Source of the DNA: Blastocystis sp. subtype 4
Taxonomy: Eukaryota
Assembly (NCBI RefSeq): GCF_000743755.1
Contig: NW_014569469.1
Location: 1 to 64,000, forward strand
Length of the DNA stretch: 64,000 bases
Direction: 5' to 3'
The position numbers and the translations under genes were made by a program. Position 1 is the first letter of the stretch, and every line of letters begins with the position of its first letter. Below the pieces are notes generated by a model. It was not told the origin of the DNA. It saw nothing but the letters and a program-made list of their open reading frames with translations, and did not search any database. Shown one piece after another: positions 47,734-60,669 of this stretch.

Positions 47734-49779
47734 TACAACTCAGAAGAACAAGACTCAGCAAAAGAGTGTAACCTCTGAACTTCACACTAATTCTCAACCT
47801 CCTTCATAATAACTACATCAACAGTTTCCTTATATCGCGAAATCGCATCCAGAAGTGACACAATCGACTCTTGTGTTTGTTGTTCTTCTGCAATCAGATC
47901 AAGCATATATTTCTCTTTATCTTTCTTCGCATTTTCCACTCGAGTTTTAAGCACTTCAATTTCCTGTTTCAGACTAGTAATTCTTGCTTTCACTTCTGTC
48001 ATATGCATCTTAGTTGAGTCAATATCACTAGAACTCTCTTGCTGAACACTTGTACACTGCTATCCCTTATCTATCCTACAAACCCATACACAAACGAGCG
48101 TATCTCGTTGCTTTTGAAGTTTATCACATTGTTCTTTCAAAGCATTGATTGATGCCTGTTTTTGCTGTAAATCTGTTTCTTTCTTCTGTTTCTTATCCTA
48201 TAAATAAACACGTTCATATAATCTGACATCATACTTCACAATCTCTTCACGGAAACTCAAAATAGCCTTCTGAACAGCCTTCTGATACTCTTCCAAAACA
48301 CCTTCAAGCTTTGCTAGTACTGGATTGGTAAGGATTTGTTTCTGATACTGCTGAACATTACGCGTAGTTGCAGATGAAGCATCCTCCACATGCTCCAGAG
48401 TAATGCGATAGTCCACACCATTAGCAAGTTGTGAAGTTGATGGAAGAAGAGAGAGATGAAGGAGCAAATCATGGTACCGAGCGATCATTTGATCAATACC
48501 AATAGCCTGTTCATCGATACTAACCACATTCTCATCGATTTTAGTAGCAACAGCTTGCTTCTGTGTCATCACATCAGTAATCTTCTCTTTCCACATTCTA
48601 GAAGCACGACGAATTTGTTCGACTTGTTCTGGACTAAACTCTTGTTGACTCACTTTCACTCGAAGGGCATCATTTTTAGCTCGAAGAGATTTCAATGTCT
48701 CATCTTCATTTCATCCTCATGGTAACTCTTACTCATTTCCACCTCACGAGCTTCAAGTGTTGCCTTTTTGTTATTCTCACTTACGATTTGACGAGAAGCA
48801 CCATCAATAATATGAATGAACTTCTCTCGATCACGGAGTAATAACTTCTCCTGTTCCTGTAACTAGAATTAAACTCCATCATACAGAGAAACCTGAGGAA
48901 TCTCTTTCCCCACATTCACAAGTACACGCACTTCATCATCTAGATCCTGTTTGTGAAGTTCCAATCGAGCGAGTTCTGCTTCCAATGACTGATTCTCTTG
49001 TGCTATCACTTAACCCTCAATCCTATTCTTACTAAATTCATCGGCAATTTCTTGAATAACTACATCTTTCGATTCATCATCATTATCCATGAAGAATTGA
49101 TAGGCTTGCTTCATCGATCCATAGAGGAGATCCTCATTTGATTTATCCTTCTGCTGACGTACCTCGTTTGTAGCTTGAATGAACTAGTCATGACATCATA
49201 ACACCAGAATCCACATCAATCACTTGAGTTAGCCATTTGATAGCAGCTATAAATGTAGGAAGATTAAACGGTGAATTGATACTGTTCATGGTACTTTTCT
49301 TGAACTGAGTGGGATATCTACAATGAAAACGGACTTCATATCCATACCCTAGCATCTGCATAATACGAGGGAAATCCTCTTTAACTCCATTCTCAATACG
49401 GATATTGGGATCGATAAGTCGGAGAAGGAACTTCACAATAGATTCAAAGTCATAATCTTTCAGATTTCGGAGAATTACAGTACTGATCTCCTGATTATAG
49501 TTGTGAAGAGAAAGGAATTCGATAATTCGCTTAATGTTGGCTCCCAATGCTTCTTTATTCAATGTACGTTCCTGTCCTGTTGTTGATGGATCAAATACGG
49601 TTGTCCTTCTATAAGTCATTCACTAGATGCAGGAAGTACCTTCTTTGTCCTGAAGGGGCCACAGACATACGTAATGTGCTTTGAGATGTTTGTTGTCCAT
49701 TGGGAACAATAGAGATACGAGAAGCAGCACTTAAACGCCTCGATGGATTCCTTGTATTCAAATGTCTATATTCGTCCAT
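47734..49779 (-). CDS. NDC80: Kinetochore protein Ndc80/Hec1; stop predicted to be completed by poly(A)
   Basis: IKRIIEFLSLHNY..DFESIVKFLLRLIDPN..FPRIMQMLGYP..FIAAIKWL CH domain; QQEFSPEQVEQI coiled coil; ends TTG-TA|TCAG-TGTTTGTT. Confidence 0.85.
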
Positions 49780-49969
49780 AGTTCGCTACACTCCTTTACT
49801 CGAGAGGAAATCACTCTCTGACGAGTATTCAATGAGATTGTTTCAAAAACAAAATAGCCAGAAAAGCAGCCGATTCTGAGAGTTTGGCAAACCGAAGGGC
49901 TGGCGCATAGATACGCAATTACCGCAATCTAGATATCTCGACAACGAACGTGTTTGGAACAACTCTACA

Positions 49970-52900
49970 ATGTCTGAAGAGATTATTCGTTGTGCCAAGG
50001 ACATACTGCAAATAAGTTCTGCAATAAATCGTGTTCAGTTCGAATTCCTTGGTTTGATGCAAAATATTCCACCGTTTGTTTCGATTCGATTCACTCTCAT
50101 AATATAGAGTGTTTCAACAAAGATCCGATCCATTATCAAAGGATGTGAAGAGAATCCATTCAGCTTGTTGCGACTTCTCGTAGGAATGAGATCAGAGACT
50201 TCAATAACGTGATAGATACTTCGATAAAGCAGAAAAGAATGAAACTCGGTTGCAGAAGCTTTTAAGTGACTCGGAGTTTATTAGCATGCTTGGAATTCCT
50301 GCTTTAGACTGGATTTCAAAGTTCGTTCTGACTTTGGTAGTGATGTCGTAGACTAGGAGAGCTTTTTGAAGGAGCCAGTCATTTTCCAGATCAAATCTCC
50401 AGACTCTTAAATAATATTGATAGCTCGCACTATTTTGGTGTGAATTGTTGGTATCGAGTAAGGGAATGAATTGTAGATCCAAATGCATTGAACAGTGATC
50501 TCACAAAACGAGCACTAACAGAACTATTTGCTAATTTGGGATTCTTATTGCTGTTGATAGATTCCGAACTGCAAGGTGATCTTCGTGAGAAAATTATCGT
50601 GCTATATCATCGACTCATTGTGAGGATTTAGATTCGCTTCTCATTTAGCTCAAACCTCAAAATCGTGTTGTAGATCCTCTAGTTCGTTCTTTATTCAAAT
50701 CTACTACCTATATCAAAGGATCAGAATATCCAAAGAAATACCCCTTCTTCTATTTCGATCGATGTCGCTTCCCTGAAGGCAAGATATTACCAATATTAGA
50801 TATGTTGAGTGGTTGTGATCTCTATGATTACCAACGATTCTACAGCTCAACAGCTCAATTCCGATCATCTCTTTGTCGTCAATGCAATCAAGCGTTGCTG
50901 TGATTGAAGTTCCTCATTCATAGACTGATAATCTCCTTTTTCTGTTCTTCTCTTCAACAACTTGCTAATGAGTCGAAAGCATCCTCACTGAAGATTCTGG
51001 TGAGTAAGGTATATGATCAAAGTACAATGGTATATTTGGGTATTCATTATCCAATTCCTCTCAAAACCCTTTTGAGCAATGAGTTGGCCATGTCCCAGTT
51101 CAAGGACACATTACTGACAGCAGACTCATTCAACCGTGTTCTAGTTTGTCATTTCTCTTGGTTTCATCATAGGAACAACAGACACATCAATTGGCAGATG
51201 CATTAAATTCGACTCGAAAACTTTCAAATGAGAATACAGTGGATTTACGATTGGCATTAGCAAACCAAGATCAGTTATTGGAGCAAATTCGCGTGAATAA
51301 TGAGACATTGAAGTGGATGTTCATTCATCTGCGAGATAACAAATATCGATCTCAAATCCAGAATAAAGTTAGCATGGTATGAGTAAATTCCAATTATGAT
51401 TCTAGAAGTCAGTTCTTGAGTTAATGTTGCGATCAGCCAAGTTGGAAAGTGATACACGAAGTGCATTCTCATCCATTCTCAAAGATCCACTCACAATTTG
51501 GTCTCATTTTCATTCGATTCTTAGTTCGTTTTTCGAACAACAGAGTAGTGCCTTATTTTGGAGTTCCATTTCTAGACACAATGGATCAAGTTCGAGACCA
51601 TCTGGATCATTTGCTGGAGTTTGGTACTACTGCAAAGCGGTTAAGTGAATGTAACAAGATCTTAGGGGAGTTACGTCCATTTGTCAAATCTCTTCAACCC
51701 TCCCAGGAAGATCAGAATCAATTCAATGTGTGGAGTGGCTGTAATGATGCTCTCGTGAATATGATTCGTCTCACACTTTTTCGAGTGAGAATGAAGTCAT
51801 GTCATGATCATGTAGAATTCGGTTCTGGAAGAGTTGGAGTACCTAACTTTCTGTGACTATGGGTTTGACTTTTTGAAGGTCTTTTCGGAATTGATAAAAT
51901 CGAGTATTATTGAAGTATTCCAGTAGTTATCCTTTTATTTGTAGCAAGGTGGAGATTTGGTGAAACTCCTTCAGTATATGTTGGAGAAGCTGGAAAACAC
52001 GATCAACGGATTGGGAAAAGTTCCTTGTCTTGCAAATCATCCTTTGCCAGAATATTCATGGCAGAAATCGGCCTTATTTTACTACCAATCGTTTATGAAT
52101 GAATGGTTGAGTTCATTGACATCAACTCTTGCTGATGTGTATTTCGCATGCGTAGCAGAGATGAGAGAACAGTTATCAGCAATGAAAGAGCTTCCCAAAG
52201 AGATCAAAAAAGAACTAGGCTTATACGCTCAGAGTGAGAATCGTGATCGAATTGATCGTTGTTGTATGAATGCAGCCTGTTTCTATGATTCGATCGATGC
52301 ATTGAACAGATATGTCGGCCAGCATTCATTGATGCATATCACTAATTCTATTCAGACACAGTTTGTTATTCATCTCATTCGACAAATCACTTCGATTCTT
52401 AATGGGTTGGGGCAGAAACCAAAAACCGTAAGGAATGGAAGGTGAAGTAAGATGCAGATCACTACCAAGATTGGAGTGAAATTGACTGATATCGAGAATT
52501 CTGTGTTGGAAATGGGAAAGGAATTGATGTTACTGGAGAATTGTCTTCTCCTTCTAGAAGTCAGCTTTATAGGAATCCTTAAATCTAGTCGATTTTGCAT
52601 GTGGATGGCAAACGAATGTTCCAGAAGGAATACTCTCGGATTCTGGAATTCTACTTATATGAGGAAATCCGTCTACTCCATCAGAAGGACACCAACCCAA
52701 ATCCCTTCCAGGATGCTCAATTTCCAATCCCTTTTCAACTGTAAGTCTCTCAACTCTCTCTCATTGTTAGAGCAGCAGGAGGCAAACGGACGTTTCTCGG
52801 AGCATTGATCCTGGGTCTGGTTGATGAGTTGTGTTCAGAACCATGTTGGTTTAGTGAAGCTTCGTGTGGCTGGTAGATACAGAGAAGGATGGTGAGTCAT

Positions 52901-54034
52901 AGGATCCGTCCAGATGAATCCATTCTCTTCAATATTGATTCGTGTACTTTGATACTGAACAAGTGAACAACCAATGATTGTATGAATTATAGTCTGGGAT
53001 CTGAAATGATTCTGATTCTTGATCAGTGTCTTCTTCAATATGTTACGTTGTTGTTTTCACAATATAAGGCATGTATTGAATATCAATGTAAAGTGGTTAA
53101 GTTGGTCTTGATAATTATAATGATTTATAGCTTTGTCAAAATTGACCCGATTTCACCTCAATTTGCTCATAAGTATGAATAATCCTGATTCTGTCACATA
53201 GTGTTCGTGAGACACTTCAACAAATTGATAAGGAAATTGAGACAGATGGTACCATTATTCAGAAAATTGGGAATGTAAGGAAACTGTGATGGAATAAGGA
53301 ATAGTGTCTTCTCCTTCGTGATCTGTTACAAAAAACCCTATATTTCCACAATATGAAAACACAGAGAGAAGCTACGATTTCTCTTCAAAATGAATATCAA
53401 CAAATCCAAGCTATTTTACGGAAGAGAGCTGAAGAGCACAAAGGAATCGATAGGGATCAGATCGCAAGTTTCCTCACAGGAGTATCGCTCCCAGCAAATA
53501 CTTCACTTGAACAGTACACTCAATTACTACGTTCGTATGGTCTTACTCAACCTCGTCTTGAAGTATATTGTTTGCTTCCTTCATTCCCTGAACTCTCCTA
53601 TTCCTTATTCTTAGTCTGTATGTATATTTCTGTTCATAGCATGTAAGCGTTATTCATCTTTGCGAAGTAGGTTCCTCCCTGCCTCACAGACACTCTTCAC
53701 TGAAACTCATTGTCAGTATCATGTTGATGGATGTGCAGTTCTAGCTGGAGTCATTTCTCTTCTTTCACAAGTTGATATTTCGTATTCAAAACTTGTGCTT
53801 TTTCCACATGATGTTAATGTGTAGTTTATGTGTTATATTTATGATTATCTACGAAGTGAAACAAGTCGAAACATTGTAAAGGGAGAGTATTCCAATTTGG
53901 GAGCTCTTTCACGATTACGTTGGATGGCTCTGAAGGTTGCTTCTTTGTGTCCAATGATTCGTGATTCCTGTTCAGCTACCATTGATAATATTGCTTCAAT
54001 GGAATTTGGGGAACTGGTATTGTGCTATGGTTAG
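49970..54034 (+). CDS. WASHC5: WASH complex subunit strumpellin
   Basis: ILQISSAINRVQFEFLGLMQNIP; LGFLLLLIDSELQGDLREKIIVLYHRL; YPKKYPFFYFDR; VDGCAVLAGVISLLSQ. Confidence 0.8.
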
Positions 54035-54060
54035 ATCATTCTTTTGTTTGTTGTATAAAT

Positions 54061-55758
54061 ATGCATACGAAACAACTGATCGTGAATTGTATATCAATTC
54101 TGTTCGTTGTTTTACTCGTGTATGACGGAATCACGGATTAGGTTATGAATAGACATATAATCGTATATATTCAAGACAGTGATCATTGGTACACAAATAA
54201 ATTTGGCCCTGAACTTGTACTTGGATTCAATATTGATGATCCTTTTTAGACTGTCTGTAAATCCAACTGTTCCTCCTTATTTCAAAGGCAAGTAAGACTT
54301 AACGCAGAAGGAGTCTCAATTATTACAGTTCCCAGGTCTACTCCATTTCATCTGAATCTGAATGAAGGTGATCCAAAACAGCGTTCAGAGGAAAAGCGAT
54401 TATTTCAACCTCGATCAATACCAACACCTAATGGATCTCTCCCTTTTGAAGTGCGTTATAAAGTTCATAAGAATGATCGTCGTTTGCGTGGACTAATATT
54501 CCGTAAGTATGTCAATGGAACAGCCATCAAGTGGTCCGTGTTTGAGAACCGGACACGTTTTGAACCAAGAGAACTCGATGTATCCTTAGTTATCGTTGCA
54601 ACGTATGTTTATGTTTGATACTTCAGAAATAGAGAAGATCGTTTGAATCTTGATCCTTGGATTGAAGGCTGGGAAGGGTAAGAGACCAATCTATTTCTTA
54701 TTAGTAGTCCTATAGTTGTTGTTGTATATCTTCCTGCTGAGGATGAATCTGTGTTTACAGAGACCTTCCGTTCTCGTGGAGTACGTTCCCGCGTGACACT
54801 AATTACAGCAGCAGTAACATCAAAAAGTGTGTATTATAATCATTTCCCTGTGAATCTACTTCGCAATGTGGGTTTGCTGAACGTAATGACTTCACATGTA
54901 TTGGTGGTAGATGCTGATATGATTCCTGCACGTATGGAAATGTATGGAAATGAACTACAGATTCGTTGTGGTCTGATATCAATCGGATTCCCTCATCTAT
55001 TCTTCTCAATGATACTTCTGTTGTTCTGATTCCTATTGTATTTATTCAGTTACATAAGGAACAATACTTGGATACGATTGCAGATACATATAAGAGGTAG
55101 AGACACAGTCTTCGTTATAACGCAGAGTTTCTAGTCAACTTCCATCAGGAAAAGAATACCTAGCATCATGTATTGCAAAGAATCAATGTTCTCTGACTCG
55201 TCTGAATGACAAATCACATGTTCAGGAATGATAGTAGAATAATTGTTAGGATTATGTACCTTCAATGTGGTTAACTCAGAGATCTCAACAAGTAGTATCT
55301 CCTATCCAGTGTCTACCCTTTCTTGATGTTCAACCGTATTATCTGAGATCGATTTGTCATTAGATCTTACATTATGAAGATATCAAAATGGCTTCCTTTT
55401 TATCACGATTCATTTATGGATTATGGCTTCAACCAGATTGAACACTTTGCTGAACTGCGATTGCAAGGAGCAAGAATGTATCTTCTAGAAAACTCATTTT
55501 TAATGGACATTCCACACAAAGAGTATGAATTTCATTGTTGTTACAATTAGTTCTTCGTTTCGCCATAACTTTACTAAGGAGTATCTTCAGAGAACGAACT
55601 CCACAATGGAGATTCTTTACCGTCGATTACTCGAAAAATGGCAACAGGATTCTGTGTCGATTGCATCTGTTGGGTTGTGCCTATTTTATATTTTTTCACA
55701 AACACAATCCTCAAACAGTTCTTTTCATAATAAGATGTGTTGGAGATTCATCCATTAA
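54061..55758 (+). CDS. GT49 (LARGE/B4GAT1-like) glycosyltransferase; both ends uncertain
   Basis: FPVNLLRNVGLLNVMTSHVLVVDADMIP (DxD); PFYHDSFMDYGFNQIEHFAELRLQG..LENSFLMDIPH. Confidence 0.8.
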
Positions 55759-55801
55759 ACAAAACATTCATTGGGTATAAGAATATCACATAAAAGAGAC
55801 G

Positions 55802-56392
55802 TCAGAATAACCAACACGAACTTCTGTATCGATTAAAACTTCTTGATATCACAAGATCCAAATACAAATCAACAAGATGGGCGAGATCATGATGAGCTAC
55901 TTCACTCTTATCCTGAGTACTCTGGTAGCATGGAACCACAGATGAAGAAGAGATAGTGTCAGACATCTTTCGAGAACATGGCTGAGACTTTTCATCATCC
56001 GAAGATATCTGATCAATAAAACCCACTGAATTGGGAGAGCGATCTGGACGTTGCTTTGGGGAAAACACCACCAGTTGTGGTGAAGACATGGCTGACACTT
56101 CAGTCGACGGAAACATAGACGGTTGAATACTTTCAATTTCGATATGCTCGGCAGAGAACTTTCCGTTCTCATCCTTCTTTAGTGAAAAGGAGACTATTGT
56201 ACCCTGAGTCAAATCCTCCTTTAGCCTCTCAGGGAGATCCGAATAATAGAATGTAATATCTCGTAAGCCCTGGATCTTCGTCTTGGTGCGAATGTATCCA
56301 TGCTCATGTCTGAGGAATTGGACCTTACCAATGTAGCGGTCGGAAGAAAATCTGGTAGTTGATGAAAGATTAGCGTCAGTGGTATGATTCAT
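55802..56392 (-). CDS. Single cold-shock/OB-fold domain protein with Ser-rich tail
   Basis: YIGKVQFLRHEHGYIRT..DITFYYSDL..LTQGTIVSFSLKKDENGKFSAEHI. Confidence 0.75.
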   Translation of the reverse strand: MNHTTDANLSSTTRFSSDRYIGKVQFLRHEHGYIRTKTKIQGLRDITFYYSDLPERLKEDLTQGTIVSFSLKKDENGKFSAEHIEIESIQPSMFPSTEVSAMSSPQLVVFSPKQRPDRSPNSVGFIDQISSDDEKSQPCSRKMSDTISSSSVVPCYQSTQDKSEVAHHDLAHLVDLYLDLVISRSFNRYRSSCWLF

Positions 56393-56763
56393 ACCCACCA
56401 CACTTTGAAGGGAGAAAAGAATAATAATGAGAGAAACTTCCTCAATTGCCAAAACGCCCAAAATGTCACAAATCGAGACGATTTTGTCATGAGAAGAATC
56501 TTGGATCACGTTTACTTTTTCACATTATGAGAGTTTTTGGTATAGATTTATTTTGTACGTTGAAGACTCCAATCTTGTGGGTTTTCCTACTGGTTTACTC
56601 ACACCCGCTTTGATGAATACTATAACTAACGTAGACTCTTTTTAACGTATTTTAGAAGGCATCAGAATAGAGTTTCGAATGTAATTTTCGAAAACTCTGT
56701 ATGATAACTGATAATGTCACTTAAACTACTTGTAGATCTAATAGATGTTATAAAAGAAACACA

Positions 56764-58387
56764 TTATAATTTTAAAAAGACTACATTATCCATTGTTTCA
56801 AGAAAACGCATAACTGCTGGAATACAACAATTGGAGTGTAACGAAATATACTCAAGGCACTGGTGGCGCTCAAGGAGACTTCGAATTGTAGGACCTTGGA
56901 GTTGACAAGTACAAGGATTGGTGGTCATCATTTCTTTATGGAACGAAAGACAAGAAGAATGCCTTGATAAGCCGTCCCTGTCAACAGAAGAATGATAGAG
57001 TGAGTATTGAAAGGAAGAATACAGATTATGATACAGATGACGTACTTGGGTTCGTTTTGATTCCAGTAAAAGAGAATCTTCATCTTCATATCGCTTCGTT
57101 CCCGTAGTTAGAGGATCCACTGACATTCCAACTGGTTCTTCAGCAATAGAGAAGCCTGTATTGTTGTAAATAGAAAGAGTATTTCCGAAAAGAGTGAAGA
57201 AAGCAGTACTGTCGCTAGTGATAATTGGGTATACATAGACTCGCCGTAGAATTTTATGAATACAACAGAATACAACGAAACGATGAATATCCAAAAGGTT
57301 CTTAAGTCGAGTGAAGATGATGTGTTGCATAATCTGAGCCAAACTGATGTTTCCATGAAAAAGAGAGAGTAAAATCCGTATATCATCGAGCTCAATCTTT
57401 ACATCGGAATCATCAACGATTGGATCTGGTTTGAAAACGAAGTGAGTATTTGACTGCGAAATAACCCGGATCCGACAGTACTCCACTAATTCTGTTAGCA
57501 AAGACTCGTCCCAAAGCGCTTCGAAGTTTTCGAGTACATAGATATTGCAAATGTCAAATGTATCGATAAAACTAACAGCACCTACTTCATGAAGAAATGC
57601 TAAGCAGGCTTTCAGCTGAAGATCACTCATATCGAGAACGGAGCGAAGCTGATAAACACAATGGACACCGTTAATAGCATATATGATACCCTCAAACATA
57701 GCAGTATCAGGCAGCAACCGAATGATTTCGGAAACGGGATATCGAAGGAAAGGAACTTCATAATCTTGAGGCTATCATTCACAATCCTTAATAAGTCCTA
57801 CAATTGTGACACTCTCTTTGTTAGATGGATTTGAGACAATAGGAAAGAGTAGGAGACGTGTAAATGGATCAAGCCAAATATCACAATTGTTGTTCTCCTT
57901 TAGACTGAGATAGATGTTTTCAAGAATTCCCTCCATGATAGTCTATCCGATCGATGTTCTTAACTATCCCTACGAGAATATTGGATTGCTGGAGGAAGCC
58001 CTTTTCACGTTCCAAATACTCCAACTTCAGAACAATCTTCTTGGCCATACTTTCAAAGTATTTACTCTCGCCTCGTCGAACGACAAAGCAAACATTGAAA
58101 TTGAACGAATTCCGAATATAATGATGGCTTGAAATCTGCATGGGAAATCCGACAATCTCAATTTCATTGACAGATACTCGCATAAGTCTCCCACACAACT
58201 GATCCTTTGTAATCACATAATCTGTAATTCCATTAAAGGTTTCTAAAGAGATACAACTAGAAATGAATCGATGGGATGAATCAGACTCATGAGGAAACTG
58301 GACAGCAAGCTTGGGTCCCTCAATGTTATGAAAATAACAGTAGAATAGTCCAAGAAGAGATGTATTGTGTTTCTCAACTGAGATCAT
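56764..58387 (-). CDS. NPRL2: GATOR1 subunit NPRL2
   Basis: LFYCYFHNIEGPKLAVQFP, FNGITDYVITKDQLCGR, IVGFPMQISSHHYIRNSFNFNVCFV, INGVHCV, IHRFVVFCCIHKILRRVYVYP. Confidence 0.92.
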
Positions 58388-58423
58388 CAAATGAATGGGA
58401 GTGTTTAAGATCAAAGAAATGTA

Positions 58424-59512
58424 TTACAATCGATCACGACCAAATGCGTCTCGTTTCTGATCGCTTCCAGCATTAGATTCGTGCGATCTCTTCGAATCAT
58501 GATGAGAGGGAGAGCGCCGAGAGGACGAAAGATGAGAAGAAGAGTGATGAGAGGAAGAATGATATGAAGAACGATGTTGTGGAGAACGTGATCGCCGAGA
58601 AGATCTATGTGGAGAATGCGATCGACTGGAAGATCGATGCCGGTGGGATGAGGAGTGATGGTGATGATGGTGTCGATGGCTTTGAGAACGACTCCGAGAT
58701 CGCTGACGATACAAAGTTTTCTCCTCTCGTTTACGCATCAGCTGCGATGTGTAGTTTTCACTATCGCTGGAACTGACACTTTCACTGCGGTCCCGCTGAA
58801 TTCCTTCCTTCAAAACAGCTCGATCATGACGTTCCTCTACTTTCTTCATAGATGAGAAATCGAGAGAAATATCACTTCCCTTGGCCTTTAGCTAACGATA
58901 AAAAAACAACTCATGACATCTACCAAAGCTGCAATCCGTAGTAATTTATCAGGATTCGCTAAACGATTCTTTGTCACTTCCATCTCGATTTTCCGCATTT
59001 TCATTAACGGATCCTCATTTACACGACGTAAAATCTCGTTAGCCTACAGATCATATCAACACTCAGTTGCAACGCTTGTTAAGTCGTCACCATTATCAAT
59101 AAATGCAGATCCAGCAACTTTCTTGTCCTCCAAATCACGAAGTTGATTTTTCTCGTCTTTGTATAGATCAATTACCGCCTTTCCGGTCATATAATCTTCA
59201 TCTTTCTTTTTATCTGTTACAGGCATCTCATATAACCATTCCACTCGTCGTTTCTTCTAATACTAAAATTTAATAAAACAAATGTACAGCTTCTTCTTCT
59301 GCAGATGTTCCGTCACGGAGACGTCGTAGTTCATCTTGCTGTCTCTCTTCTGCCAATTGACGTTTCAATTCTTCTACTTTCTTTTTTTCCTTCTCTAGTG
59401 CTTGTTCACGGAGCCATACTTGTTCTCGATTCTAATCATCACCAATTATATATATGAATGCTTTAATATTTGAAGGATTCCATTTCTTCTTCGACAGAAA
59501 CTCAAGAGCCAT
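58424..59512 (-). CDS. CWC25: Pre-mRNA splicing factor Cwc25 with RS/His-rich tail
   Basis: MALEFLSKKKWNPSNIKNREQVWLREQ..LKRQLAEERQQDEL, RVEWLYE, EDYMTGK, EDPLMKM. Confidence 0.88.
59432..59461 (-). other. 30-nt non-canonical GC-AG intron in CWC25
   Basis: AAT ATT AAA|gcattcatatatataattggtgatgattag|AAT CGA GAA; retention gives an in-frame TAG. Confidence 0.8.
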
Positions 59513-59573
59513 GAGAGATGAAGTGAACTAGAAGAATAAGACAAAAGGGGGATCCCAAATCTGATGTCTTGTC

Positions 59574-59581
59574 AACAAACA
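59574..59581 (-). terminator. TGTTTGTT element of the PTGES2-like gene
   Basis: In-frame T + 4 nt + motif. Confidence 0.75.
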
Positions 59582-59585
59582 TTGA

Positions 59586-60467
59586 AGTATTGTAATCTAC
59601 GACGAATCTGAACCAAATCAATAATATCATTCACCGTGTTAAACCAATTTGTTGTCACAGGACTAGCTAAACAGTTCAAACTGTTGAGATCCTTGAGTTG
59701 TCTCAACGTTCCAAACATTAGAATATCAACGAGGCATGGCCGTGAATTGCCACTAATAAATACAGAATCAGGGTCTTTGTTGATCACATTGGCTTCATTG
59801 GCATTCTCAATTGCCTCTGCAATCTGAACACCCACAACTGCAATTGGATGATCAGACGATGTTGAGTATGTAACGCCCAGTCTAGAAATAAGAAGAAGAA
59901 TGATTGCATATCGTTTACGAGCATTATACTGTTCCGCAATACGAGAGTAGTAGGGAGCAATAAGACGTCCAATAACTCGGCTTGGAGAACTCAGAGAACA
60001 GAGTGGATCATACATGAAACCATAAAGACGTCTAAATAATAATTTCGTTCTAATAAATATACTTATAGTTTCCTAACGAAGATGAAGTAAACAAGCTCAT
60101 CGATGGAATCACTTCTTTATGAATATAGTCAATCCACTTGAGTTCCTCACTTGTCAGAGGCTGCTTCCCCACATCTTCAACATAGTGACTATAATCAATC
60201 TTCGGTACAAAATCTCACCGAATAATCCTCTTTGGATCAGATTCATACACATTTTTGTCTCTCTCATAACGGATAATCGGAACTTCCTTATTCTTTGTTA
60301 GTTTCTTTTCTTGTCCCTTCATAATCGGGTTGACATCCATAATACGGTAATTCACGTTCAAAAACTGAAGAAGTGTCAATATCTCATAGCAAGCAGGACT
60401 ACGATTTCAAATGATTCTCAATACGTTACTTTGCTCGATTCAGAAAAAGTGTCGCTATTGAAGACAT
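59586..60467 (-). CDS. Glutaredoxin/GST-fold protein resembling prostaglandin E synthase 2; stop predicted to be completed by poly(A)
   Basis: TLFLNRANPACYEILTLLQFLNVNYRIMDVNP; FISGNSRPCLVDILMFGTLR; ends TAC-T|TCAA-TGTTTGTT. Confidence 0.65.
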
Positions 60468-60669
60468 GGAGAAGAATAATGTGGAACTTATTCTGAATCT
60501 TCTTATCCATTTTATTAATCAAATAGAGAGGTGTTGTATAATATACGTAAGTCGAAGACAAGAAACAGATTCTCATATAAAGCTTATCAAAGCTTTGAAT
60601 GCTTACACGCTCATTTGTTAGATCTGCATCAACTTAATAGTACATGTTATTACCTAGATTTCAACTGCC

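Noticed and set aside
56393..56509. N-terminal hydrophobic extension of the cold-shock ORF
   Set aside because: Depends on a non-ATG start; the first ATG is at 56392
58490..58720. Ser/Arg/His triplet-rich tract
   Set aside because: Ordinary RS-type low-complexity tail of Cwc25
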